Source: Eledone cirrhosa (lineage: Eukaryota). From it: a DNA stretch of 64,000 bases. A model generated the notes under the pieces. That model was not told the origin of the DNA. It saw only the letters and a list, made by a program, of their open reading frames with translations, and searched no databases. A program made the translations under genes and the position numbers. The stretch is from positions 77,066,001 through 77,130,000 of the forward strand of contig OZ024743.1 in the NCBI GenBank assembly GCA_964016885.1, given 5' to 3'. How positions within the stretch are numbered: position 1 is the stretch's first letter; each line of letters starts with the position of its first letter. Below are positions 35,060 through 47,427 of this stretch, one piece after another.

Positions 35060-35930
35060 AAAAGTTCAGAGAGCTTATACCACTATTGGCCGCTAAAGGG
35101 TTCTCTCTAAAAATGAAAGGCAGGCTGTATGATGCCTGCATACGAACAGCAATGTTGCATGGCAGTGAGACCTGGGCATTGTGTGCAGAGGATATACGCA
35201 GACTGGAGAGGAACGAAGCTTGCATGCTCCGCTGAATGTGTAATAGCAATATACGTGAATGGCAAAGCATAAACGAACTAAGGGAGAAATTAGGAATAAG
35301 AGGGATCAGATGTTGTTTATTCGAGAGAAGACTACATTGGTATGGTCACGTGATGTGCATGAAAGACGACAGCTGTATAAAAAAGTGCAGGGCGATAAAA
35401 ATAGATGGTAGCCACGGAGTAGGCAGACCCAGAAAAACCTGGGACGACTTGATAAATTCCGACCGCACACACTTACACCTCTCCAAGACAATGTCACTGG
35501 ACCGAGATCTTTGGCGCGACACAATAATACAGAAGACCCGCCTTGCCTAAGTACAAAGCGAAACCTACAGTCAGTAGGCACCTCTATCAAAAATACACCC
35601 CTGTTACACTACCCCCACCCCATCCACCCCACCCCTTCCAATGTAAAGTTATATTGGTGCCACAACATCCAGTCCGAAACAAATGAGGTCGTGTAGGTGT
35701 CACGACAAAAAAACGCACAGTCCACGCTGTAATGTGGCCGTGTAGGTAACACAGTAAAAACCTCCCAGTCCACACTGTAAACGTGGTTGGTGTTAGGAAG
35801 GGCATCCAGCCGTAGAAAACCCGCCAGAGAGTCCTATACGAGCAAGACAACCAATCTTGCCTCAAGTGGGAAAATTCCCGTCCAAACCCATGCTAGCGTG
35901 GAAGATGGACGTTAAACGATGATGATGATA
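35060..35930 (+). mobile_element. RTE-clade LINE 3' end with (GAT)n tail
   Basis: KFRELIPLL..KGRLYDACIRTAMLHGSETW..RLHWYGHVM..GRPRKTW. Confidence 0.88.
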
Positions 35931-36156
35931 TATGTTTGTGTATATATATTTATGTGTTAAGTGTGTAAGAAATGTTACAGGTGATGTGCCATTAAAAGCA
36001 CTCAATGTTACGAGGTCCATTTTGTTTGTGTTGTATTCCAGTATTACGGCTGTAGTGTGCAGAGTGTAAATAGATTTATTTGCATTGAAACGATTGTAAT
36101 ATGCAAATAAAGTTTTTACATATGCTGTAGCACTGACTTCAAATTTTATATATACA

Positions 36157-37275
<1,119 letters not shown>

Positions 37276-37909
37276 ACACTCATCTTCCTCTCTCTTTCTC
37301 TACATGATTAAACAGTAAAAAAAGTTAAATGAAGTTAAATGTTTTGTTCTTGACATGAAATAACACCAAGTGGTGGTCATTTCATCTATCCATTTGACCA
37401 TTATAATTCATCCTTAACTCTTAACGTCCTGTTCCACATGAAACCACATGAGTAAGACATTCTTGAAAAGTACAAAATAGCATTATGACTGTATCACATT
37501 AAAATTCAATCTGTTATCTTAGTTCTCTGCAAATTGTCACAATGATATGTCTTCAAGTAAAGATATTGTAGACATTTGATATTTTCTACTAAGTGGTTGG
37601 TGATAGGAAGGGCATCCAGCTGTAGAAAATTCCTGACAAAGGACATGACAACCTCTCTACTGTTGGTGACTTACATGATAAACCCACTCAGTACTTGCTG
37701 TAAAGTGGTTGGTGATAGAAAGGGCATCCAGCCATAGAAATCTTGCCAGACAAATGGTCGGGAGGACCCTTTAGTTGTGTCAAAGACATGGCAACCTCTC
37801 CTGGAATCTGCAATGTGAAACCATACATCTGGGAGATCAGTGGCCCCGCTTCAGTACTGACTTGGCTTATATGGACCCGTTCAACCCTTATTGGTAGGGA
37901 AAGTAGACA

Positions 37910-38140
37910 TTAACCCTTTAGCATTTAAACCAGCCATATCCGGCCAGAATTCTCTCACCTCTTTCTGTTTAAACCAGCTGTAAAACTGGCCACTCTTACA
38001 TACATTAAGGTATTGTTCTCAAAATAAATAACATCAAAATCTCATAGATTTGATATTATGTGAGATAATTATGTAAGATAAAGCCATTACCACAAAAATA
38101 CAATAGTATATATAGAGTAATATAAATGCTAAAGGGTTAA
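37910..38140 (+). mobile_element. TTAA-flanked piggyBac-like MITE (copies at about 45529-46027, 47633-47842, 52748-52962)
   Basis: TTAA-CCCTTTAGCATTTA ... TAAATGCTAAAGGG-TTAA terminal inverted repeats. Confidence 0.8.
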
Positions 38141-38217
38141 AACGACGACGACTACAGGATGTTAAGAGTTAAAGGATAAAGTTTATTGTTAACTTTCATT
38201 GCTATTGTATATTGTAG

Positions 38218-38354
38218 GGCCACCAGGAACTGGGAAAACCTCTTTATGTAAAGCCCTGGCACAGAAGATATCTATTCAACTATCTGATCGCTATAGTTAT
38301 GGTACTTTAATAGAACTCAACAGTCATGGATTATTTTCTAAATGGTTTTCAGAG
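38218..38354 (+). CDS. TRIP13: TRIP13 coding exon 5 (Walker A, pore loop)
   Basis: ttgtag|GG CCA CCA GGA...TCA GAG|gtaaag, 137 nt. [31 protein letters not shown]. Confidence 0.97.
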
Positions 38355-38955
38355 GTAAAGATATTCCTTGTTTTAATTTTATTCTTTATATTGCCATAAA
38401 TTTCATGATGTACTTCAATAAATTCTCTCCTTTTTAGCTTTTCCTTAGTTTTATTTCTTTGAAACTAACAATGTTTAGATAACATTAATTTTCGACATTA
38501 ATTATCACTAAATTAATTCTGAGTGTATCTCTACATCATTATCCAGTTTCATTATTTTTCTTCTGGACTGGCAGTATCGGTAGAGGGTCGGACGCCATGC
38601 TTTGCAGCATAGAGTTACGGCCCTTTGCGGTCTGAGTTCAAATCCAGCCAAGGTTAACTTTGCCTTTCATCCTTACGGGATCGATAAAATAAAGTACCAG
38701 TCATGCACTTGGGTCGATTTAATTGACTTCCCCTCCCCTCAAATTGCTGACCTTGTACCTATATAAGAAACAATTATTTTTCATCTTTTTTTAATTTAGA
38801 ATCGAAATCGAAATAGAAGCATCACTGTACCATTGACTCCGTAATATAGTCTAATAATGGGGCATAGAAACCCACTGAACAAAAACAAATGGGTATCAGC
38901 ACTCCCATGTCTTTTCATTCAGTGGGTTTATATACCCCATTATTTAGTATTAGTA

Positions 38956-39140
38956 GGGCGGTGAATTGGCAGTATCAGTAGAGGGTTGTACGCCCTGCTT
39001 TCTAGCATAGTTACGTCTCTTTACGGTTTGAGTTCAAATCCCGTCGAGGTTAACTTTGCCTTTCATCCTTACGGGGTCGATAAAATAAAGTACCAGTAAT
39101 GTACTGGGTAATTGCTGGCCTTGTATCTAAAGTAGAAACA
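38956..39140 (+). mobile_element. Full-length tRNA-derived SINE (Deu/Nin-like) with 17-bp TSD; other copies at about 275, 33222, 38565, 42902, 48650, 50085, 56254, 62466
   Basis: TSD attatttagtattagta at 38939-38955 and 39141-39157. A/B-box head present. Confidence 0.9.
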
Positions 39141-39260
39141 ATTATTTAGTATTAGTATTTATAGTTTTATCTTCTTTCCTCTCCCCTTTGGAAAGTTTAC
39201 AAATTAAATCGAGAGAACTAAATGTATTTGTTATATAATGTTTCTCTCACTTTCTTACAG

Positions 39261-39347
39261 AGTGGTAAACTTGTAGTAAAATTGTTTGAAAAAATTGAAG
39301 AGATAATTGTTGATAATGAAGCTTTAGTATTTGTACTAATAGATGAA
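39261..39347 (+). CDS. TRIP13: TRIP13 coding exon 6 (Walker B)
   Basis: ttacag|AGT GGT AAA...GAT GAA|gtaagt, 87 nt. SGKLVVKLFEKIEEIIVDNEALVFVLIDE. Confidence 0.96.
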
Positions 39348-39410
39348 GTAAGTACATTTTTTATATGTATTTGATAAATGTTTAGTATTTGTACTAATAG
39401 ATGACCTAAG

Positions 39411-39478
<68 letters not shown>

Positions 39479-39747
39479 TCATCATCATCATCGTTTAACG
39501 TCTATCTTCCACGCTAGCATGATATATATATATATATACATTTGATAAACGTTTAGTATTTGTACTAATAGATGAAGTAAGTACATGTTTTATACATTTA
39601 GATAAATGTTTTAGGTGATTTGTGGAAGACCAGCATTCCCCTAGACATACCAGTTTCGCTTTTCCACATCACCAATGTTATCCAAAGGAAAGGCAAAAGC
39701 CAGTACTGCTTGGCACCAGTGTTGATGCAACTCACTTTTCCCAGCTA

Positions 39748-41234
39748 AGTATATTAGAACAATGTGAAGTAAAGTGTCTTGTTCAAGTCCAGAATACATT
39801 GCCTGGTCCAGTATATTAGAACAATGTAAAGTAAAGTGTCTTGTTCAAGGTCAGAATACATTGCCTGGTCCAGTATATTAGAACAATGTGAAGTAAAGTG
39901 TCTTGTTCAAGTCCAGAATACATTGCCTGGTCCAGTATATTAGAACAATGTGAAGTAAAGTGTCTTGTTCAAGGTCAGAATACATTGCCTGGTCCAGTAT
40001 ATTAGAACAATGTGAAGTAAAGTGTCTTGTTCAAGGTCAGAATACATTGCCTGGTCCAGTATATTAAAACAATGTGAAGTAAAGTGTCTTGTTCAAGGTT
40101 AGAATACATTGCCTAGTCCAGTATATTAGAACAATGTAAAGTAAAGTGTCTTGTTCAAGGTCAGAATACATTGCCTGGTCCAGTATATTAGAAGAATGTA
40201 AAGTAAAGTGTCTTGTTCAAGTCCAGAATACATTGCCTGGTCCAGTATATTAGAACAATGTGAAGTAAAGTGTCTTGTTCAAGGTCAGAATACATTGCCT
40301 GGTCCAGTATATTAGAACAATGTGAAGTAAAGTGTCTTGTTCAAGGTCAGAATACATTGCCTGGTCCAGTATATTAGAACAATGTGAAGTAAAGTGTCTT
40401 GTTCAAGTCCAGAATACATTGCCTGGTCCAGTATATTAGAACAATGTGAAGTAAAGTGTCTTGTTCAAGTCCAGAATACATTGCCTGGTCCAGTATATTA
40501 GAACAATGTGAAGTAAAGTGTCTTGTTCAAGGCCAGAATACATTGCCTGGTCCAGTATATTAGAACAATGTGAAGTAAAGTGTCTTGTTCAAGGTCAGAA
40601 TACATTGCCTGGTCCAGTATATTAGAACAATGTGAAGTAAAGTGTCTTGTTCAAGTCCAGAATACATTGCCTGGTCCAGTATATTAGAACAATGTGAAGT
40701 AAAGTGTCTTGTTCAAGTCCAGAATACATTGCCTGGTCCAGTATATTAGAACAATGTGAAGTAAAGTGTCTTGTTCAAGGCCAGAATACATTGCCTGGTC
40801 CAGTATATTAGAACAATGTAAAGTAAAGTGTCTTGTTCAAGGTCAGAATACATTGCCTGGTCCAGTATATTAGAACAATGTAAAGTAAAGTGTCTTGTTC
40901 AAGGTCAGAATACATTGCCTGGTCCAGTATATTAGAACAATGTGAAGTAAAGTGTCTTGTTCAAGGTCAGAATACATTGCCTGGTCCAGTATATTAGAAC
41001 AATGTAAAGTAAAGTGTCTTGTTCAAGGTCAGAATACATTGCCTAGTCCACTATATTAGAACAATGTGAAGTAAAGTGTCTTGTTCAATGACAGAATACA
41101 TTGCCTGGTCCAGTATATTAGAACAATGTGTAGTAAAGTGTCTTGTTCAAGGCCAGAATACATTGCCTGGTCCAGTTTATTAGAACAATGTGAAGTAAAG
41201 TGTCTTGTTCAAGGACAGAATACATTGCCTGGTC
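39748..41234. repeat. 62-bp minisatellite, about 24 copies, expanded inside a SINE
   Basis: Unit agtatattagaacaatgtgaagtaaagtgtcttgttcaaggtcagaatacattgcctggtcc, homologous to the SINE segment at 43491-43555. Confidence 0.95.
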
Positions 41235-41379
41235 AAGACATGACACACTCACAACATTGCAATCGTTAGCACATCACTCTAACCACTTTATAGTATAAGA
41301 GAGATTAAGATGATCAGCATTTGGTTCAGTTGAAGTTACTACAGGGTAGCCAGAAGACACAAATCTTTTACAACTTTTC

Positions 41380-41792
41380 ACATAAGAAAATTACTAACCA
41401 TCTTTTCAACAACAACCCTGAGCACCTTTTTGAATTCCAGATGTCTAACACCTGTGGACATGCCTACAAAATCAGAAAACAGTACAGCTCCCATAACATT
41501 TGGAAACATTTTTTCATGCTCAGAGTGGCTAAAGCATGGAACAAACTACCTGCATCAGTTGTTAGCTGTCAGGATACTGCATCCTTTAAAACCTCCATGC
41601 TTCCCGAAATTCGCCAACACTAAACCTGATATTTCCCCTTCATACACACGCACACATGTGTCTGTGTGTATATCATGACTCCTACACTGTTTACTTTCCT
41701 GACATTTGTACATTATTCTATGTACAATACATGCACCTTTGATGAGTTGTAGTGCACCTGAGCACTGTACACAATAATTTTCATTATTATTA
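41380..41792 (+). mobile_element. CR1-clade LINE 3' fragment
   Basis: NNNPEHLFEF..NTCGHAYKIRKQ..HFFMLRVAKAWNKLP and an (ATT)n tail. Confidence 0.88.
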
Positions 41793-42649
41793 TAGAAATA
41801 TCTTTACAGTTTGTTATTGATAATAACAAAGGCCTTGTGCCTAAATTAGAAAAAATTATTATTGTAAAATCCCCCAAAATTGTTGGCCTTGTGTCTAAAT
41901 TAGAAACCATTATTGATAATAATAAAAATAGCTTGTGGTGATAGGAAGAGCACCCTGCTGTAGAAACCATGCCAAAAAGGAGGCTGAAAAGACTCTTCAG
42001 TTGTGACAAGGGCACAAGTAACTCTCTAGTGGCTGGTGATAAGAAGGGTAACAACCATGGAAAAACCTACCATACACAGAATCAATCGGCTTCTTTAGCT
42101 GTATCAATGACATGACAACCTCCCTTGTGCTGGTGCCATGATAAAACATGCCCAGTACACTGTAGAGTACAAGAATGTATGTTAGTAAGATACACCTCTT
42201 TGGTTTATTTGAGAGATCAGTAGTTCCAGCTAAGTACTTAGTCTATGACGACTTGTCCAATCCTTAAACTTTAAATAATGGGGAATACAATTTTGTTTGT
42301 GTGTAACATCATCATCATCATCTTTGTCATTTTAACGACCGCTTTCCCTGCTAGCAAAGGTTGGACAGGTCTATATAGACCAAGTCAGTACTGAAGTGGA
42401 GCCACTGATCTCCCAAGCAGGCCAGGAATCTGTGTCTCACTTATGTACAGTCTCACATTCCATTGAGTGTTCAGAAGAGGTTGTCATGTCTTTGACACAA
42501 CTGAGGGTCCTCCCAACCCTTTGTTTGGCAAGAGTTTTACAGCTGGATACCCTTCCTATCACCAACCACTTTACAGTGTAATAATTACATATTTTGATTA
42601 ATTAATTTCTGTTTAAACTGAAACATTGTTGATATTTGTCATTGATTAG

Positions 42650-42756
42650 GTTGAAAGTCTTACTTCTGCCAGAAAAAACAGTCTGAATGGCAATGAACCG
42701 TCCGACGCTATTAGAGTGGTCAATGCTCTTCTCACAAAGATTGATCAAATCAAAAA
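42650..42756 (+). CDS. TRIP13: TRIP13 coding exon 7
   Basis: gattag|GTT GAA AGT...AAA AA|gtatgt, 107 nt. VESLTSARKNSLNGNEPSDAIRVVNALLTKIDQIK. Confidence 0.96.
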
Positions 42757-43193
42757 GTATGTTGTTTCCTCTTTTACGTTTCAGTATTATTCAAACTCTT
42801 CGTCACCATTTAACCATCACTCCTTTTATTCTTTCTCAGCCCCCACCCCTTTCTTATCTACATGTCTCTGCAACTGTTCTTTGTAGTGTATATATATATA
42901 TGCGAATTGGCAGAGTCGTTACAACGTCCGATAAAATTCCTTATGATATTTGTTCCAGCTGAGTTCAGTTCTCGTCTAGGTCAACTTTGCCTTTCATCCT
43001 TTCAAGGCCGATAAAAGAAGTACCAGTCAAGTACTGGGGTGTATTCTTCTGCTCTCTGGAAGAAATCTGCTGTACTCAAGCCTGGAGAGGGATAGGTTCC
43101 GCCCGGCTTAAAAATTGCCCAAGAAATGCCATATGTCAATACAGCACCCCTACGACTCTATCAGGAGTTACGGTGCCATACAATACAAAAATG

Positions 43194-43225
<32 letters not shown>

Positions 43226-43227
43226 TA

Positions 43228-43622
43228 CATCATCATTCATTATTTCATTTTACGCCCGCTTTTCCCTGCTTGCAAGGGTGGGACGGGAACTGATTCTGGC
43301 TTGATTTCTACAGCTGGATGCCCTTCCTAACACCAACCTCATTTACAGTGAGTGCTGGGTGCTTTTTTTTCCGTGGCGCCTACACGTCCACTTTACAGTG
43401 TGGGGTGGGTGCTTTTTTGCCATGGCACCTCCACGACCACTCTACAGTGGAATGATATGGACCCCAGTCCCTATCATCTCATTTCTACAGCTGAGTAAAC
43501 TGGAGCAATGTGAAATAAAGTGTCTTGCTCAAGGAAACAACACATCACCCAGCCTGAGAATTGAACTCACAACCTTTCGATTGCAAAGCCAATGCTCTAA
43601 CCACTAAGCCATGTTCCTCCAT
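43228..43622 (-). mobile_element. Full-length tripartite SINE: tRNA head, CORE-like body, RTE-derived tail (partial copies at about 44110-44285, 48050-48317, 54308-54525)
   Basis: Minus strand has A-box tggcttagtgg, B-box gagttcaattc, then gtgttgtttccttgagcaagacact, then ggtgttaggaagggcatccagc..(GAT)n, a tail shared with the RTE LINE 3' ends. Confidence 0.82.
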
Positions 43623-44691
43623 AACCTGGGACAAGCTGATAAACTCCGACCTCACACACTTACACCTCTCCAAGACAATGTCACTGGACCGAGACCTTTG
43701 GCGGTACTCAGTAACAGAGAAGACCCGCCTTACCTAAATACATAGTAAAACCTACTACAGCCAGTAGGCATCTCTAACCCAACCACGCCACCCCGTTCTA
43801 TGTAAAGTTGTGTTGGTGCCACACCATCCAGGCCGAAACAAATGAGATCGTGTAGGTGTCACGACAAAAAAACACACAGTCCACGCTGTAATGTGGCCGT
43901 GTAGGCAACACGGTAAAAACCTCCCAGACCCACACTGTAAATGTGGTTGGTGTTAGGAAGGGCATCCAACTGTAGATAACCTGCCAGACAGTCCTATGCG
44001 AGCAAGACAATCACTCTTGCCTCAAGTGGGACTACCCCCGTCCAAACCCATGCAAGCGTGGAACACGGACGTTAAACGCTGATGATGATGATGATATATA
44101 TTAGTGGAGGCATATCATTTCACTGTAAAGTGGTCGTGGAGGTGCCACGCCAAAAAAGCACCCAGCACTCACTGTAAATGAGGTTGGTGTTAGGAAGGGC
44201 ATCCAGCTGTAGAAATCAAGCCAGAATCAGTTCCCGTCCCACCCTTGCAAGCAGGGAAAAGTGGACGCAAAATGAAATGAAAAATGAAATGAATATATAT
44301 ATATACATATACATATATATATATATATACATATATATACATATATATACACATTTAAAAAAACAGACGGTCAGACTAGAAACATTCATTAATGTTTTAA
44401 TTTTGTGAAAACACTCTATGTATTTCAATGGCTCAGTTTCATCATCTGGTCCTGATGCAAGTCTTAGGCGATTTCATCATGTGTTGAGTGCAAAATTAGT
44501 TGTATAAGATAACAGGATTATGGCAAACACAGAGAACAGAAGATAGATTTGGTTCAGGGATGGCTCACCAATTCACTGTTATTATAACAGAAAACCATAA
44601 CCTTATATATATATATATATTGAAGTGATATATTATTTATAATTAACAGTATTAAGTTGTTTATTTTTCTTTCTTTTTCTAAAACTTTCAG

Positions 44692-44845
44692 TTATTCCAA
44701 TGTCATGATCCTAACAACCTCAAACATCACTGGTGCCATTGACTTGGCCTTTGTAGACAGAGCTGACATCAAACAGTATATAGGTTTACCTTCACCTCGA
44801 GCAATTTTTAAGATATACCATTCTTGTATCAATGAACTAATGAGG
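44692..44845 (+). CDS. TRIP13: TRIP13 coding exon 8 (sensor 1, arginine finger)
   Basis: tttcag|T TAT TCC...ATG AGG|gtatgt, 154 nt. [51 protein letters not shown]. Confidence 0.97.
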
Positions 44846-45540
44846 GTATGTTAACATATATAGTTGACTTTCTTTTTTATATTGACGTATTTTAATTTGT
44901 TATTTTTTGTTTAACTTTCTGAACATTTTCACTGTAGTTGTAATAAGAAATCATCATTATTGTCATCGTTTAATGTTTATATTCCACTCTGGCATGGGTT
45001 TGACAGGTGACCGTGTCTTGCTCGTACAGAACTGTTTCTGGCTTCATTTATATGGCTGGATGTCTTTCTTAACACCAACCACATTTACAGTGTGTACTGG
45101 GTGCTTTTTGTCATGACAAAATAACTAGAAAGTTAGTTATATTGCTAAATCCTCCAAATTCTTGATTATTTTCAAAAATAATTTGAAAATTATAAGCAGT
45201 GTCTGTCTTTAGAAATATGGTAATGGAAGGGTTGATATTCATGTGGTTAGAATGTCTCAAGAAAGAATCGCTGGACAGATTTTACCAGCAAAACCAACTA
45301 GCAGGAGACCGAATAGTAGAACCTGAGCAAGATGGTTGGATAAGAGACAGTTGTCAATAAGAGACAGTTGCTTCTGACAAGACCTGCTGGAAAGAATGTT
45401 TGAGGACTCTGCTCCCACAACCCTCTCAGTGTAAAGAAGTGTTGATATTACAGATAGTTTACATGTTAGATGAAACAGTATAACAAAAACAGTAAAATGC
45501 TATGTAGTATTTAGTTTGATCTGTCTATTTAACCCTTCAG

Positions 45541-45898
45541 CATTTACATTACTCTATATATACTATTGTATTTTTGTGGTAAAGGGTTTACCTCACATAA
45601 TATCTCATATAACATTTACATTACTCTATATATACTGTATTTTTGTGGTAAAAGCTTTACCTCACATAATATCTCACATAATATTTACATTACTCTATAT
45701 ATACTATTGTATTTTTGTGGTAAAGGGTTTACCTCACATAATATCTCATATAACATTTACATTACTCTATATATACTGTATTTTTGTGGTAAAAGCTTTA
45801 CCTCACATAATATCTCACATAACATTTACATTACTCTATATATACTATTGTATTTTTCTGGTAAAGGGTTTACCTCGCATAATATCTCACATAACATC
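45541..45898. repeat. About 92-bp unit in 4 tandem copies inside a piggyBac-like MITE
   Basis: catttacattactctatatatact(att)gtatttttgtggtaaa(gggt/agct)ttacctcacataatatctca, with two alternating variants. Confidence 0.88.
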
Positions 45899-47004
45899 AA
45901 ATCGACGAGATTTTGATGTTATTTATTTTGAGAACAATACATTAACATCAGTATGAGCAGTCAGTTTGAACAGAAAAAGGTGAGGATTCTGGTTGGATAC
46001 AGCTGGTTTAAATGTGAAAGGGTTAAACTGTTGAGAGTCATCACTTCCATAATACATAACTAGGTAAATACTAGTAATGAACTAGGAACAATTAAATCTA
46101 TTATTCTTCTCTACTGCAAATGTTGGTCTTATATTTGTTCTTGCATAAAATAATCAATATTGCAGTTATTTTGTATCTCTATTGTGAATATTGATGTATT
46201 TATTCATGATTTCTACTTTCTTAAATAATTTTACAATTTTATGTTTCAATAATTAGTATTGAGAAATATGCCATTTTATATGTTTATGCAGTTTGGTGAA
46301 ATATGTTCTTTGCTTTTTAACTGCATTAAAGAATATTTATCCATTTCCAACATTTAAATCAATTGAACTAAATTTTTCGATGTAAAATGGAAACAAAAAC
46401 TATGCACAGATCCTTAGAATGATGTTTAGAGATAAAAAAATGAAATACGATAAAAATCAAAGCATTTAACCAGAATATTTCCATCAATAAATATTTTGAG
46501 AATTTCTTCTTTGACAATATTGAAGAGAAAATGAGAACAGCAGAAATAATTCAATACCTGATTGCAGTCTGCATCATTCTTAGATTAATATAGATAATGA
46601 TTGGTAATCACTGTATCTTTTAGACTTTATTTATTTATTCTTTAACTCTGTTTAATGTTAAAAATATTCTTTACAAAAAACTAAATATGGTAATTATGTA
46701 GCAAAGATTGTTAAACTAGAGAAAACTAGAGAAAAAAACAGACAGTTGTTCAAATAAAATGTTTAGAATTAATTAAAAACAAATCAGTCAGATTTACTTA
46801 CCAACTCATCTGCTTATTCATACATTTTGCTTCAATTTTGCATTAATAAATTTAGTTCACCATCATCAACACCACCACTACTACCACGTTGTTGTTGTTC
46901 TTCTTATAATAATAATATAATAATAATAATGAAATTATTGTGTACAGTGCTCAGGTGCACTACAACTCATCAATCTTCTTCTTCTTCTATGCCAGGAAGT
47001 ACTT

Positions 47005-47232
47005 AATTTTTAACTTCTTTTATTGAGATAGATATGTTTAATGGGGTTTTAACTTTTATTGAGAGATATTTAATGGGGTTTTAACTTCTTTTATTAAGAG
47101 AGGGACATTTAATGGTATTTTAACTTCTTTTATTAAGATAGATATATTAAATGGGGGTTTTAATTTTTATTACGAGATATATATTTAATGGGGTTTTAAC
47201 TTCTTTTATTAAAAGAGATATGTTTAATGGTT
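47005..47232. repeat. Degenerate AT-rich tandem repeat of about 38 bp (about 6 copies)
   Basis: ttttaacttcttttatt.aga.agatat.tttaatgggg repeated. Confidence 0.85.
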
Positions 47233-47314
47233 TGTTATTTTTTTAAAATATTCCTGTCAAAAATGTACAGGCTATGGTTTTGAATATATTTTAAAATCTT
47301 GTTTTTAATTACAG

Positions 47315-47427
47315 ACTGGAATAATTTCTCCTGTTCAACAAATGCTTGATATCCGAGTTCTAGAAATTACTGGCTATGCTGAAAATGATGCCACCAAACT
47401 TAGTCTGGAGTTATTTACTATTTCTCA
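47315..47427 (+). CDS. TRIP13: TRIP13 coding exon 9
   Basis: ttacag|ACT GGA ATA...TCT CA|gtgagt, 113 nt. TGIISPVQQMLDIRVLEITGYAENDATKLSLELFTIS. Confidence 0.93.
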
